DNA of 64,000 bases from positions 1,472,001 to 1,536,000 of the forward strand of contig OY762825.2 of assembly GCA_963666425.2 (NCBI GenBank). The letters are read 5' to 3'. The notes below the pieces were generated by a model. That model saw only the letters and a list, made by a program, of their open reading frames with translations, made no database searches and was not told where the DNA came from. Origin of the DNA: Bacillota bacterium. Its GTDB lineage: Bacteria > Bacillota > JAAYKD01. The position numbers and the translations under genes are program-made. Shown here one piece after another: positions 23,250 to 31,444 of this stretch (its first letter is position 1; every line of letters starts with the position of its first letter).

Positions 23250-23326
23250 GCAAGCCTGGCGCTGAGGAGACGGAAAATCATGTGTTTTTTACCTTATTGC
23301 GCCTGCTTTCCTGCCTTTACTGTAAA

Positions 23327-23371
23327 TGTTATACAAATGTAACACATCCAGCCAGATTTTTACTGTATCAT
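23327..23371 (+). promoter_or_regulatory. WalR/OmpR-type direct repeat plus -10 upstream of the Cys-rich gene
   Basis: TGTTAT-N5-TGTAAC (23327-23343) and TATCAT (23366-23371). Confidence 0.4.
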
Positions 23372-23419
23372 GAAGATAGACTTTAAAAAGTCAATCAAAT
23401 ACAAGAGGTGAAATGAATT

Positions 23420-23770
23420 ATGAACGAACAAAAATGCACTACCAAAAATACTATATGCTTTATTCTGAAACTGCTTTTTGTCAACCTTATCGTACACGCC
23501 TGTGTTTACGGCGTTGTGCATCTGATCAAAAAGCACAAAGGCTTCTCATGCTGCGGTCACCATAGTCATTCTGTCTGCCACTGCGGCGACGACTGCGACT
23601 GTGATGAAGACGAGTGTGACTGCGACTGCGATGATGAAGAATGCGATTGCGACGAAGAATGCGACTGTGAAGACAAAGCCTGCGAATGCGGCTGCGGCTG
23701 TGGCAAAGAAACCGTAGAAACCGAACCGTGCCATTGCGAAGAAAAAGCAGAAGCAACCAAACCTGAGTAA
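23420..23770 (+). CDS. Small Cys/Asp/Glu-rich protein with N-terminal hydrophobic helix (metallothionein-like)
   Basis: GAGGTG RBS, 22 Cys in 116 aa mostly in CxC motifs, own terminator. Confidence 0.75.
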   Translation: MNEQKCTTKNTICFILKLLFVNLIVHACVYGVVHLIKKHKGFSCCGHHSHSVCHCGDDCDCDEDECDCDCDDEECDCDEECDCEDKACECGCGCGKETVETEPCHCEEKAEATKPE

Positions 23771-23781
23771 TGTAAAACAGC

Positions 23782-23820
23782 AAAAAACCGCCTGAAACAA
23801 AAGTTTCAGACGGTTTTTTT
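23782..23820. terminator. Bidirectional terminator
   Basis: AAAAAACCGCCTGAAAC..GTTTCAGACGGTTTTTT. Confidence 0.8.
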
Positions 23821-23853
23821 CATAGCTGCTTAGCAAATATTCTGCCGAATTAT

Positions 23854-23897
23854 TTATGCATTACATCGTAGTCTTCCTGGTCTTTGAACTGCATTTC
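23854..23897. repeat. att core, left copy (displaced original 3' end of the ABC gene)
   Basis: TTATGCATTACATCGTAGTCTTCCTGGTCTTTGAACTGCATTTC; 43/44 identical to 29631-29674. Confidence 0.92.
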
Positions 23898-24000
23898 ATT
23901 TAGATAAATTCCAAAATGCGAATCAAAATAGGTATTAGAACGCGTGTATTCCGTGTTTTTTGGTTCGTTTTCGATGACTTATGTATAAAAAAGTTTTTCC

Positions 24001-24022
24001 GTTGCGGACAGGGTTGCGGACA
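24001..24022. repeat. Putative integrase arm-type binding sites, left
   Basis: Tandem GTTGCGGACA x2; the same motif pair occurs at 29477-29497. Confidence 0.7.
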
Positions 24023-24057
24023 AATAAGTAAAGAAAACAATATATCGAACGATATTT

Positions 24058-25278
24058 CTAAACACTAATACCTTTAGAATAAGCAAATAATATTCTTGGT
24101 TGCGGAACATCACTTAGCCCCTGTGGTAATCTAATAACTTTGAGTCTGCCTTCAAGCATCAATTTATGAAGGAGATTTTCTCCATGATCTTTATTATCCA
24201 TAGTTGCCCCATATGTTTTAAGTAACTTTATAACACTGCTCATTTGGGTTTTCGTAATCTCTTTAGCTTTTCCTGCACAATAAATTGAGTAAAAAAACTT
24301 AAGAACTATCTTAGTATGATATATGTCATAGAAATCGAATATGCTTTGAAAATACGAGTAATCAAACTGGCTTAATGAGTGCCCGTAAAACCTTATAGTA
24401 TCTGTATCCGAAGTCAATACTTCTGGGACATTGCTCATAGTGGTCTGGGGGGAATTCATGAGTCTAGCTGTCTTAGTAAATGCATATCTAGGTGATTCAG
24501 TACCAATTTCACTATATTCTGACAATGCATCTCTGCTTGCCATTTCATCAATACCAAAAATTACGTTATCCTCTGTAGCTTGACCATGAATCGAAACAAA
24601 ATTCCTATATAATGGTTTATCTTTACCAATAAATGCCTCTTTAATGCTTTTTGTATAATTAAAACTCAAAATCGAAGTATGTTTCAGACGATTATTTGTT
24701 ACATCTCCTTTAGATTTGTCTTCAATTATTTCTAAGAAAAGTTTTTTTATTGTATTCAAAGTATCCTGAGTTGATAATGAATCTTGATTGTTGATATATC
24801 CTGCAAACTTCTGTTCGAATTTTATCAGTTCACCATACTGATACTCATACATATCTTCTTTGCTTAACATACTTTCTAGACAGAAATTATTCAGTGCTGT
24901 GGTATAGTGATAATCACTATTATTCTTCTTTTTAAGGTAAACTCTTAAACTATGACAATATGCCCCCTTTAGATAATCATCCCAATCACTTTGGTTTCCT
25001 ATATTTATAATCTCAGATATCACATTTTCAACATCGGTCCAATTCTTGATTTTAGCATTCTTGAGTATATAGAAAATGATATCCCAAAATGTTACATTTG
25101 GGTATTTTTCTTTGCATGATTTCATTTTATCTAACTGTGATTCTATTAAACCATCCATCTCATCACAAAGTCTTTTGACCGACCCTTCTCTTTCCATTTC
25201 AGAAAAATAATCATTATAACTGGTTTTCATACCTACGTTTAAATCAAAACCATTCCCTAAGATTACTAAATCCGCCAC
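24058..25278 (-). CDS. abiH: AbiH family abortive infection protein
   Basis: LVILGNGFDL..G.KTSY, W.DVE, LSFNYT, IHG....IFGID, FTKT.R, YGHSL...DYSYF. Confidence 0.85.
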   Translation of the reverse strand: MADLVILGNGFDLNVGMKTSYNDYFSEMEREGSVKRLCDEMDGLIESQLDKMKSCKEKYPNVTFWDIIFYILKNAKIKNWTDVENVISEIINIGNQSDWDDYLKGAYCHSLRVYLKKKNNSDYHYTTALNNFCLESMLSKEDMYEYQYGELIKFEQKFAGYINNQDSLSTQDTLNTIKKLFLEIIEDKSKGDVTNNRLKHTSILSFNYTKSIKEAFIGKDKPLYRNFVSIHGQATEDNVIFGIDEMASRDALSEYSEIGTESPRYAFTKTARLMNSPQTTMSNVPEVLTSDTDTIRFYGHSLSQFDYSYFQSIFDFYDIYHTKIVLKFFYSIYCAGKAKEITKTQMSSVIKLLKTYGATMDNKDHGENLLHKLMLEGRLKVIRLPQGLSDVPQPRILFAYSKGISV

Positions 25279-25489
25279 TTCTATTCCACCTCCACATTAT
25301 TGAACTATCGCCAACAGCTAATTCTGCATAATAATTGGTAACAATATACAAATAATATACACCGATTAACAAGTGAAATCAATAACTAATTTATTCAAAT
25401 TTCGTTCAACGTATACACCAAAAACAGCCGGCAGAGATTATCCCCCATCGGCTGTTTTGCATATATACCCTACTTAATCATCCGCTCCA

Positions 25490-26062
25490 TTACGGCATGC
25501 GCTTATTGATGATGCGGTCAAGGATTACCAAGGACCGGACCATATCCTCAGACAAATCAAGTCCGGATCCGGTCCCCTGCAGCACTTCTTCATCAATCAA
25601 TTTCTGAATCGTAGGCTGATAATACGAAGGCAGCTCTTCAAACTTCTGGTATCGCTTTCCTTTTTCTTCAATATCAACCTCGTACAATTCAGCGCTTGGC
25701 TTGTAACCGTTGACGTTCGTATACGTTCCGTAAACTTCCCGGATATATCGTCCCGGTCCACCCGGTAATACTTGGCCGTCAATGCCATCGTGTTTATCAT
25801 AGAAAGCGTAGAATCCAATATGCTGTTTCTCCACAGCTTCCTTGTATCCATAACCAACTGTCTTGACATTCTGCCGAATCCAATCAAGTGTATTCGGATC
25901 AAGAATCAAGTCCTTCCATTCAGCCGATGGATAGATGGTCCGGCCAAGAATTTTCTTCTGGTATGTTTCCGGTTCAACAGAAATCAGCATCCAATGATGA
26001 TGCGCTGCATAGCCATCAAAACTATTGCCTGGTAAATGCGCTTTTAGCAAGGTTGCTTTCAT
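25490..26062 (-). CDS. Putative phage endolysin-like protein
   Basis: Overlaps the holin remnant (ATGA); C-terminal ELP.YYQPTIQKLID...LQG....LDLSEDMVR.LVI.DR resembles cell-wall-binding tails of clostridial phage lysins. Confidence 0.55.
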   Translation of the reverse strand: MKATLLKAHLPGNSFDGYAAHHHWMLISVEPETYQKKILGRTIYPSAEWKDLILDPNTLDWIRQNVKTVGYGYKEAVEKQHIGFYAFYDKHDGIDGQVLPGGPGRYIREVYGTYTNVNGYKPSAELYEVDIEEKGKRYQKFEELPSYYQPTIQKLIDEEVLQGTGSGLDLSEDMVRSLVILDRIINKRMP

Positions 26063-26250
26063 TCGCTCACGTCCTCCTTTTGTTTGGCTTTCGTACCAAG
26101 CAAATCAACAGCATTGTAAAGAATATCCGGCAGCGGAACATCCATCAGCTTGGCCAATTCCAGGATACTGACCAGTTCAAAAAACATAAACCCAATCGCA
26201 ACCGCGTTCCTAACATAATCAGTACTCATAATCAAATCAATCCTATGAGC
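26059..26250 (-). pseudogene. 5'-truncated phage holin (toxin secretion/phage lysis holin family)
   Basis: Manual translation AHRIDLIMSTDYVRNAVAIGFMFFELVSILELAKLMDVPLPDILYNAVDLL; N-terminal half missing. Confidence 0.75.
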
Positions 26251-26494
26251 CGTTTCGTTCGTTTACTTCCTTTCGCATAGTTGACATTCCCTCCACGCTC
26301 AAATGCTGATAGCGATTTAGCGTCCCCAGAGCGTATTCTATGATTTTCTTTTGGTTTTGATACTCTTGGTCGTGTGGTGGATTTTGATGCGGTTTAAGGG
26401 TACCTAGCTAAAATCATCGGTTTTATTTTTCTTATATATTGTATTTTTTTGTTTATTCCCTTATACTGGAAATTGAGAGGAGAGGTGGTAAACA

Positions 26495-26890
26495 ATGGCT
26501 GATGTTGGTAAGACGATGGCACAAGCTATGCACTTAGCGCTGTCTTTCAATAATTATGAAAAGTTATTGAAACCACCGCGTAATTATAATTTAGCCGACT
26601 GGTTGTATGAGCAACTGCTAGAATCTATATCAGTTTTCGAAGAATCGATTCCAGATGATATGCAGACAGGTGGAAGATTTGTTTCTTTTCAAGATATTGT
26701 TTTCAGTATTGATGATATCAGCTATGTAAATCCAAATATCATTGTGTTTTATGGAACACTACCAGATGGATCATCTGTAAAACTTTTGCAACATACATCT
26801 CAACTGAATATTCTCCTGTACCTCAACAAACTGTTGCCAAATGGGAATCAAATAAATCTTCGCCTCATCCAGAAATTGTTGCAAAAATAG
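26495..26890 (+). CDS. DUF6173-like phage protein, C-terminus apparently replaced by a deletion junction
   Basis: F.IDDISY.NP.IIVFYG...DG..VKLLQH.SQLNILL; last ~24 codons read out of frame through the repressor remnant. Confidence 0.6.
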   Translation: MADVGKTMAQAMHLALSFNNYEKLLKPPRNYNLADWLYEQLLESISVFEESIPDDMQTGGRFVSFQDIVFSIDDISYVNPNIIVFYGTLPDGSSVKLLQHTSQLNILLYLNKLLPNGNQINLRLIQKLLQK

Positions 26891-27350
26891 CAAGTGTATT
26901 CGGAGTAATCATTAACCCTTTAATGGGTATTGATACCGGAACTCCTCATCGTACCAAAAGGAGTCTGGATTCCAGTCCTCGGCAAGATCGCTGCTGGTGT
27001 CCCCCTGAAAGCCATTGAAGACTTCATCGATCCGACGAAATACGCAAGAAATTGCTGCGTTGGGTGAACACTTCGGTCTGCTTATCACCGGTAACAGCAT
27101 GGCTCAGCGAATCCAAGAGAAAGACGTCGTGAACGTAAGTAGGCAATCCGATTGTGAGATCGGAGATGTTTCAGTGGTCATGGTCAATGGCCATGATGCT
27201 ACGATAAAAAAAATAAAAAAAGGGCCCGATGGCATCATATTGATACCATCGAACCCCACATATGAGCCTGTATTTTACAGCAATGAGTAAATCGCCACTC
27301 TTCCTGTTACTATTATTGGTAAAGTGATAAAGTTATGAGGGGAATTTTAA
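26818..27350 (+). pseudogene. CI/LexA-like phage repressor (XRE HTH + S24 peptidase) pseudogene
   Basis: Three frames: QQTVAKWESNKSSP..IVAKIASVFGV; IPVLGKIAAGVP (AG cleavage site); GNSM..ATIKK..LIPSNP.Y; frameshifts and in-frame stops. Confidence 0.85.
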
Positions 27351-27442
27351 ATAAGTCCTATTAATCTGGCTTCACATTTAGAAGTATAATTCAGACATTA
27401 AGTTACTTAGTTGTGATTTTCTCTATCAAAATCATACAATAA

Positions 27443-27467
27443 ATATTTTACCTTTTTGGTAAAATAT
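27443..27467. promoter_or_regulatory. Palindromic operator upstream of the higBA-like operon
   Basis: ATATTTTACC-N5-GGTAAAATAT perfect 10-bp inverted repeat. Confidence 0.55.
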
Positions 27468-27497
27468 ATCTTGCTTATATTGCGAGGAGGTGGTATC

Positions 27498-27854
27498 ATC
27501 AATATACAGTATAAGAGTACAAAGGTCGAAAATTATTGCAATCTCTATTCAGTAGCAAAGAAAAAGTTCAACGAGCAAGTAGCACCGCATCTTATAGCAT
27601 TAGTGAATTTAATGAAAAATTCAAGCAATCTAGAAGATATTAACAAATTGCAAAATTATAATATTCACCATTTACATGGCGGAACCAAGGGTAAACGTAT
27701 CTTTGGCGTTGATGTAGCAGGAAGAGACTCGGGATGGCGTATGCAAATAATCTTACTAGATGATTCTGGGGAACAAACTGATACAGACTCAAATACAACA
27801 TATGCAGATATTAAATCAATTAAAATAATGGAGGTAGGGATGCATTATGGCTAA
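27498..27854 (+). CDS. HigB-like (RelE/ParE superfamily) toxin
   Basis: NIQYKS.KVE.YC, N.HHLHG...G..FGVDV....GWRM; sits upstream of and overlaps a HigA; start uncertain (ATC 27498 behind AGGAGGT vs TTG 27456). Confidence 0.7.
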   Translation: MNIQYKSTKVENYCNLYSVAKKKFNEQVAPHLIALVNLMKNSSNLEDINKLQNYNIHHLHGGTKGKRIFGVDVAGRDSGWRMQIILLDDSGEQTDTDSNTTYADIKSIKIMEVGMHYG

Positions 27855-28968
27855 AAATGAACTTTTTACAGAATATAATGATATAGTAGCCATCCATCCC
27901 GGATACTATATAAAAAACGAGATCGAACAACTGGGTATTTCACAAGATGAATTTGCCATCAGCTTAGGTACCACTGGCAAATACGTAAGTGATTTAGTAA
28001 ATGGCAAAGCTTCTATTTCACAAGAAAGTGCAATTAAACTTTCAAAGCGGTTAGGTACTTCATCCGATGTTTGGTTAAATCTGCAACACGAATACTCTAT
28101 GCAGATTACTAAAATTATGGAATTAAAGACGATTGAACATGAAAAACCCTTACTGGATATATTGACATCTTCACAGTATTTCCAACAATTTAAAATAGAA
28201 GTACCGAGGAAAATGGTAGATAAATACAATAGTATCTGTAAGTATTTGCAAATATCCAACCTTTCAATGTTACAAAATTCGAATTTCTGCTTTAGCCCTA
28301 GAAAAGCAAATGCAACCGGATTAACAAATTATAATAATATTATAATAAATGCCTGGCTGCGGACCGCACAGAATTCAACTAATGAATTCAATGTACATGC
28401 TTATTCTAGTGAAGCCTTGGTAAATTTACTACCTGCAATCAGAGAACTAACACTAGAAAAACCTGATGTTTTTCAACCAAAATTGGATGAATATTTCAAA
28501 AATGCTGGGATTTATTTTATTGTGATGCCCTATTTGAAAAACTTATGCCTTAGGGGTGCTGTTTTTTGGACCGATAAAAGTTCAAAAAAGCCAGTAATCG
28601 CCATTAACGTTCGAGATAGATATGCTGATCAGTTTTGGTTCTCACTTTTTCATGAAATCAAACATATTCTACAAGGAAAAGCTATACAATCTGCTTACTA
28701 CACCTTCATTCCATCAAAATCATGTGAATTATCAGAAGATGCAAGAAAATTTGAAAATGAAGCTGATGAATTTGCTAGCGATTATTTGATTCCTAAAGAG
28801 AGATATCGCGATTTACTAGATAGCGATTTATCAAGAAAAACAATTATTGAATTTTCACATGACATCAAAATTCATCCTGGCATCGTTGTTGGTCGTTTGC
28901 AACACAACGAAAAATTAGGTTTTCACGAATTCAATGATTTAAGAGAAAAATATAGCGTCGAAGTTTAA
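27847..28968 (+). CDS. HigA-like XRE antitoxin fused to ImmA/IrrE Zn-metallopeptidase domain
   Basis: AIHPGYYI, SQDEFA..LG, W.NLQ..Y; D.FWFSLFHEIKH, E.EADEFA..LIP, IHPGIVVGRLQ. Confidence 0.88.
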   Translation: MAKNELFTEYNDIVAIHPGYYIKNEIEQLGISQDEFAISLGTTGKYVSDLVNGKASISQESAIKLSKRLGTSSDVWLNLQHEYSMQITKIMELKTIEHEKPLLDILTSSQYFQQFKIEVPRKMVDKYNSICKYLQISNLSMLQNSNFCFSPRKANATGLTNYNNIIINAWLRTAQNSTNEFNVHAYSSEALVNLLPAIRELTLEKPDVFQPKLDEYFKNAGIYFIVMPYLKNLCLRGAVFWTDKSSKKPVIAINVRDRYADQFWFSLFHEIKHILQGKAIQSAYYTFIPSKSCELSEDARKFENEADEFASDYLIPKERYRDLLDSDLSRKTIIEFSHDIKIHPGIVVGRLQHNEKLGFHEFNDLREKYSVEV

Positions 28969-29028
28969 CAAATTTCGACGCTAATTCATTGAACTTAGAA
29001 ATTCTGTACCTACTAGGGGTGCTCAAAT

Positions 29029-29510
29029 TTGACCATAAAGTAAAAAACGCCAACAGTGAAGGGTCCGTTTACTGGTATGAGCCCAGGCAATGTTGGCGCG
29101 GATCCGTGACCATTGGCATTGATGCAAAAGGGAATCCACGAGGAAAAACTTGCTGCTGGTGCTTTATGGACTGAGAATTGCGATAGAATCATTCATACCA
29201 AAATGAGCAAAACGGTCCAATATGCAAATGCCTTATGGGGATTACATTATATCTGCGATCTCGCAGGCATAACCAGAATCTCTCCTCATCAGCTCCGCCA
29301 TAATTACGCTACCAGGCTGGTCACTGCAGGTGTTCATCCACGAGTCGCACAAGAGCTTCTTGGCCATGAGGACATTACAATGACTATGAAGATTACAGTC
29401 AAGTAACCAACGATGCACGGCAAGAAGCGGCTAAAAGACTAAGTGAATTGAAGTCACTTGATTTTTTTCGGAACCCGTTGCGGACGCGTTGCGGACAGAG
29501 CCAGAAATAA
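29029..29510 (+). pseudogene. Tyrosine integrase pseudogene (internal deletion + frameshift)
   Basis: N-terminal NANSEGSVY...WRGSVTIG joined to C-terminal HQLRHNYAT...LLGH; catalytic Tyr (YSQV) out of frame at ~29395. Confidence 0.88.
29477..29497. repeat. Putative integrase arm-type binding sites, right
   Basis: GTTGCGGAC-GC-GTTGCGGACA. Confidence 0.7.
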
Positions 29511-29626
29511 GCCACTAAAGCAGAAAAACAGCCGATTTGTATTTTCATACATAATTGGCTGTTTTCTTCATTATTATAGTGTTTTACAAGAAAATATTGC
29601 TTATTTTCAAGGCTTTAATGCGATTT

Positions 29627-31444
29627 TCACTTATGCATCACATCGTAGTCTTCCTGGTCTTTGAACTGCATTTCGTAGAGGTTCTTATAAACCCCTTCCT
29701 GCTGCAGCAGTTCAAGATGGGTACCGCTTTGCATAATCCTGCCCTTTTCCATGGTATAGATGCAATCCGCATTGCGGATGGTGGAAAGACGGTGCGCAAT
29801 GACCAAGGCCGTGCGTCCGGTCAGCAAGCGATCGAGTGCCTGCTGAATCAGCAGTTCGGTATAAGCATCGACCGAGGAAGTGGCTTCGTCCAAAATCAGA
29901 ATGGCCGGATCGGATAATAAAGTGCGGGCAAAAGAGATCAGCTGACGCTGTCCAACCGACAATCGGGAGCCGCGTTCCTGCACTTGGGTATCATACCCAT
30001 CCGGTAAGCGCATGATAAAATCATGGGCATTGACTGCTTTGGCCGCCTCGATGACTTCTTCGTTTGTAGCGTTCAGCTTGCCATAACGGATATTATCCCG
30101 TATGGTGCCGGAGAAGATAAAGGTATCCTGCAGCACAATCCCCAACTGGCTGCGCAGCGAATGCAGGGTGACATGGCGAATATCCTGGCCGTCAACCGTG
30201 ATTCGCCCGCTCTGTGGGTCATAAAAACGGCAGAGCAGGTTGATGATGGAGCTCTTGCCGGCGCCGGTTGCACCGACAAATGCCACTGTCTGGCCTTTGG
30301 AAATCGTAAAATTCACATCAAACAGAATTTGCTGCCCTTCCACATAAGAAAAATCGACGTGTTCATAGTTGACCAATCCTTGAATCGGCGGTAGTTCAAT
30401 CGCATCCGCTTCATTTTTCACATCCGGAACCTCATCGATGTACTCGAAAATACGTTCCAGAGAAACGCCGGCCGACTGAATGGTATTCAATTCATTGGAA
30501 AGGTCACGAATCGGGGTAAAGAAGCGCGTCACATACACCATAAATGCGCTGACCATACCGACCGTCATGCCGCCCAGATTTTTCACGACAAAAACGCCGC
30601 CAAAGCCGAGCACGAGTGCGATTCCCAAGGCGCCAATACATTCAACCAAGGGGAAGAAGGCGGCGTGCAGCACACCGGCGATCATATTGGCATCAAAATT
30701 CTCTTGATTGACCTGATCGAAACGCTGTGAATTTCTGTTTTCCCGCGTAAAGGACTGTGTTACCTTAATGCCGGAAATACTCTCCTGCAAATTGGCATTG
30801 ACATCCGCAATCCGCCGGCGCACCAGAAAATAAGCCTCACGCATTTTAGTTGTAAAATAGATGGTCGTGAAAATGATGATTGGTAAGGTTAAAAAGCAAA
30901 TCAAGGCCAAGCGCCAATTCATCAGCAGCATGATCACCGTGATCGTGACCAGGGTGAAAAGATCGTTGATGATATTCGTCAAACCCGAAGTGACGAGTTG
31001 ATTGAGCGCATCAATATCATTGGTCAAACGCGACATAATCCGGCCAGCCTGCCACTTATCATAGAACTTCAGGCCCAGTTCCTGGATTTGCGTAAAGAGG
31101 GTTTGCCGAATATCGAAGATGATATCCTGACCGACCTTGGACATCAAATAGGTCTGCCAATAAGTAAAGAACCAGTTGGCCGAATAAGCCAAGATATAGA
31201 CAATCACGATTTGATTGATGACGATCAAATTTTTTGCAACCATACCGTAGTCAATTGCATAACGCAGCAGGGTTGGCGCGATCAGACTGGTTGCAGAACC
31301 CAACAGCATACAGAGGATGGAAATCACCATTTTCATGGTATATGGTTTGATAAAAGAACCTAAGCGAATAAAGAGCTGCGGATCCAGTTCATTGAGGGGC
31401 TTTTTATCGTCGTCACTGTTCATTCCCATTCCACGCATTCCCAT
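29627..31444 (-). CDS. ABC exporter, fused permease/ATPase (heterodimer subunit B)
   Basis: TMD plus GATGAGKS, degenerate signature LSVGQRQ, LDEATSS, IAHRLST. Confidence 0.93.
   Translation of the reverse strand: MGMRGMGMNSDDDKKPLNELDPQLFIRLGSFIKPYTMKMVISILCMLLGSATSLIAPTLLRYAIDYGMVAKNLIVINQIVIVYILAYSANWFFTYWQTYLMSKVGQDIIFDIRQTLFTQIQELGLKFYDKWQAGRIMSRLTNDIDALNQLVTSGLTNIINDLFTLVTITVIMLLMNWRLALICFLTLPIIIFTTIYFTTKMREAYFLVRRRIADVNANLQESISGIKVTQSFTRENRNSQRFDQVNQENFDANMIAGVLHAAFFPLVECIGALGIALVLGFGGVFVVKNLGGMTVGMVSAFMVYVTRFFTPIRDLSNELNTIQSAGVSLERIFEYIDEVPDVKNEADAIELPPIQGLVNYEHVDFSYVEGQQILFDVNFTISKGQTVAFVGATGAGKSSIINLLCRFYDPQSGRITVDGQDIRHVTLHSLRSQLGIVLQDTFIFSGTIRDNIRYGKLNATNEEVIEAAKAVNAHDFIMRLPDGYDTQVQERGSRLSVGQRQLISFARTLLSDPAILILDEATSSVDAYTELLIQQALDRLLTGRTALVIAHRLSTIRNADCIYTMEKGRIMQSGTHLELLQQEGVYKNLYEMQFKDQEDYDVMHK
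29631..29674. repeat. att core, right copy (current 3' end of the ABC gene)
   Basis: TTATGCATCACATCGTAGTCTTCCTGGTCTTTGAACTGCATTTC. Confidence 0.92.

Larger units (their letters stand above)
23854..29674. mobile_element. Degraded prophage / integrative remnant (~5.8 kb) inserted in the 3' end of an ABC transporter gene
   Basis: 44-bp terminal direct repeat, tyrosine integrase, CI and holin pseudogenes, AT-rich interior. Confidence 0.9.
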
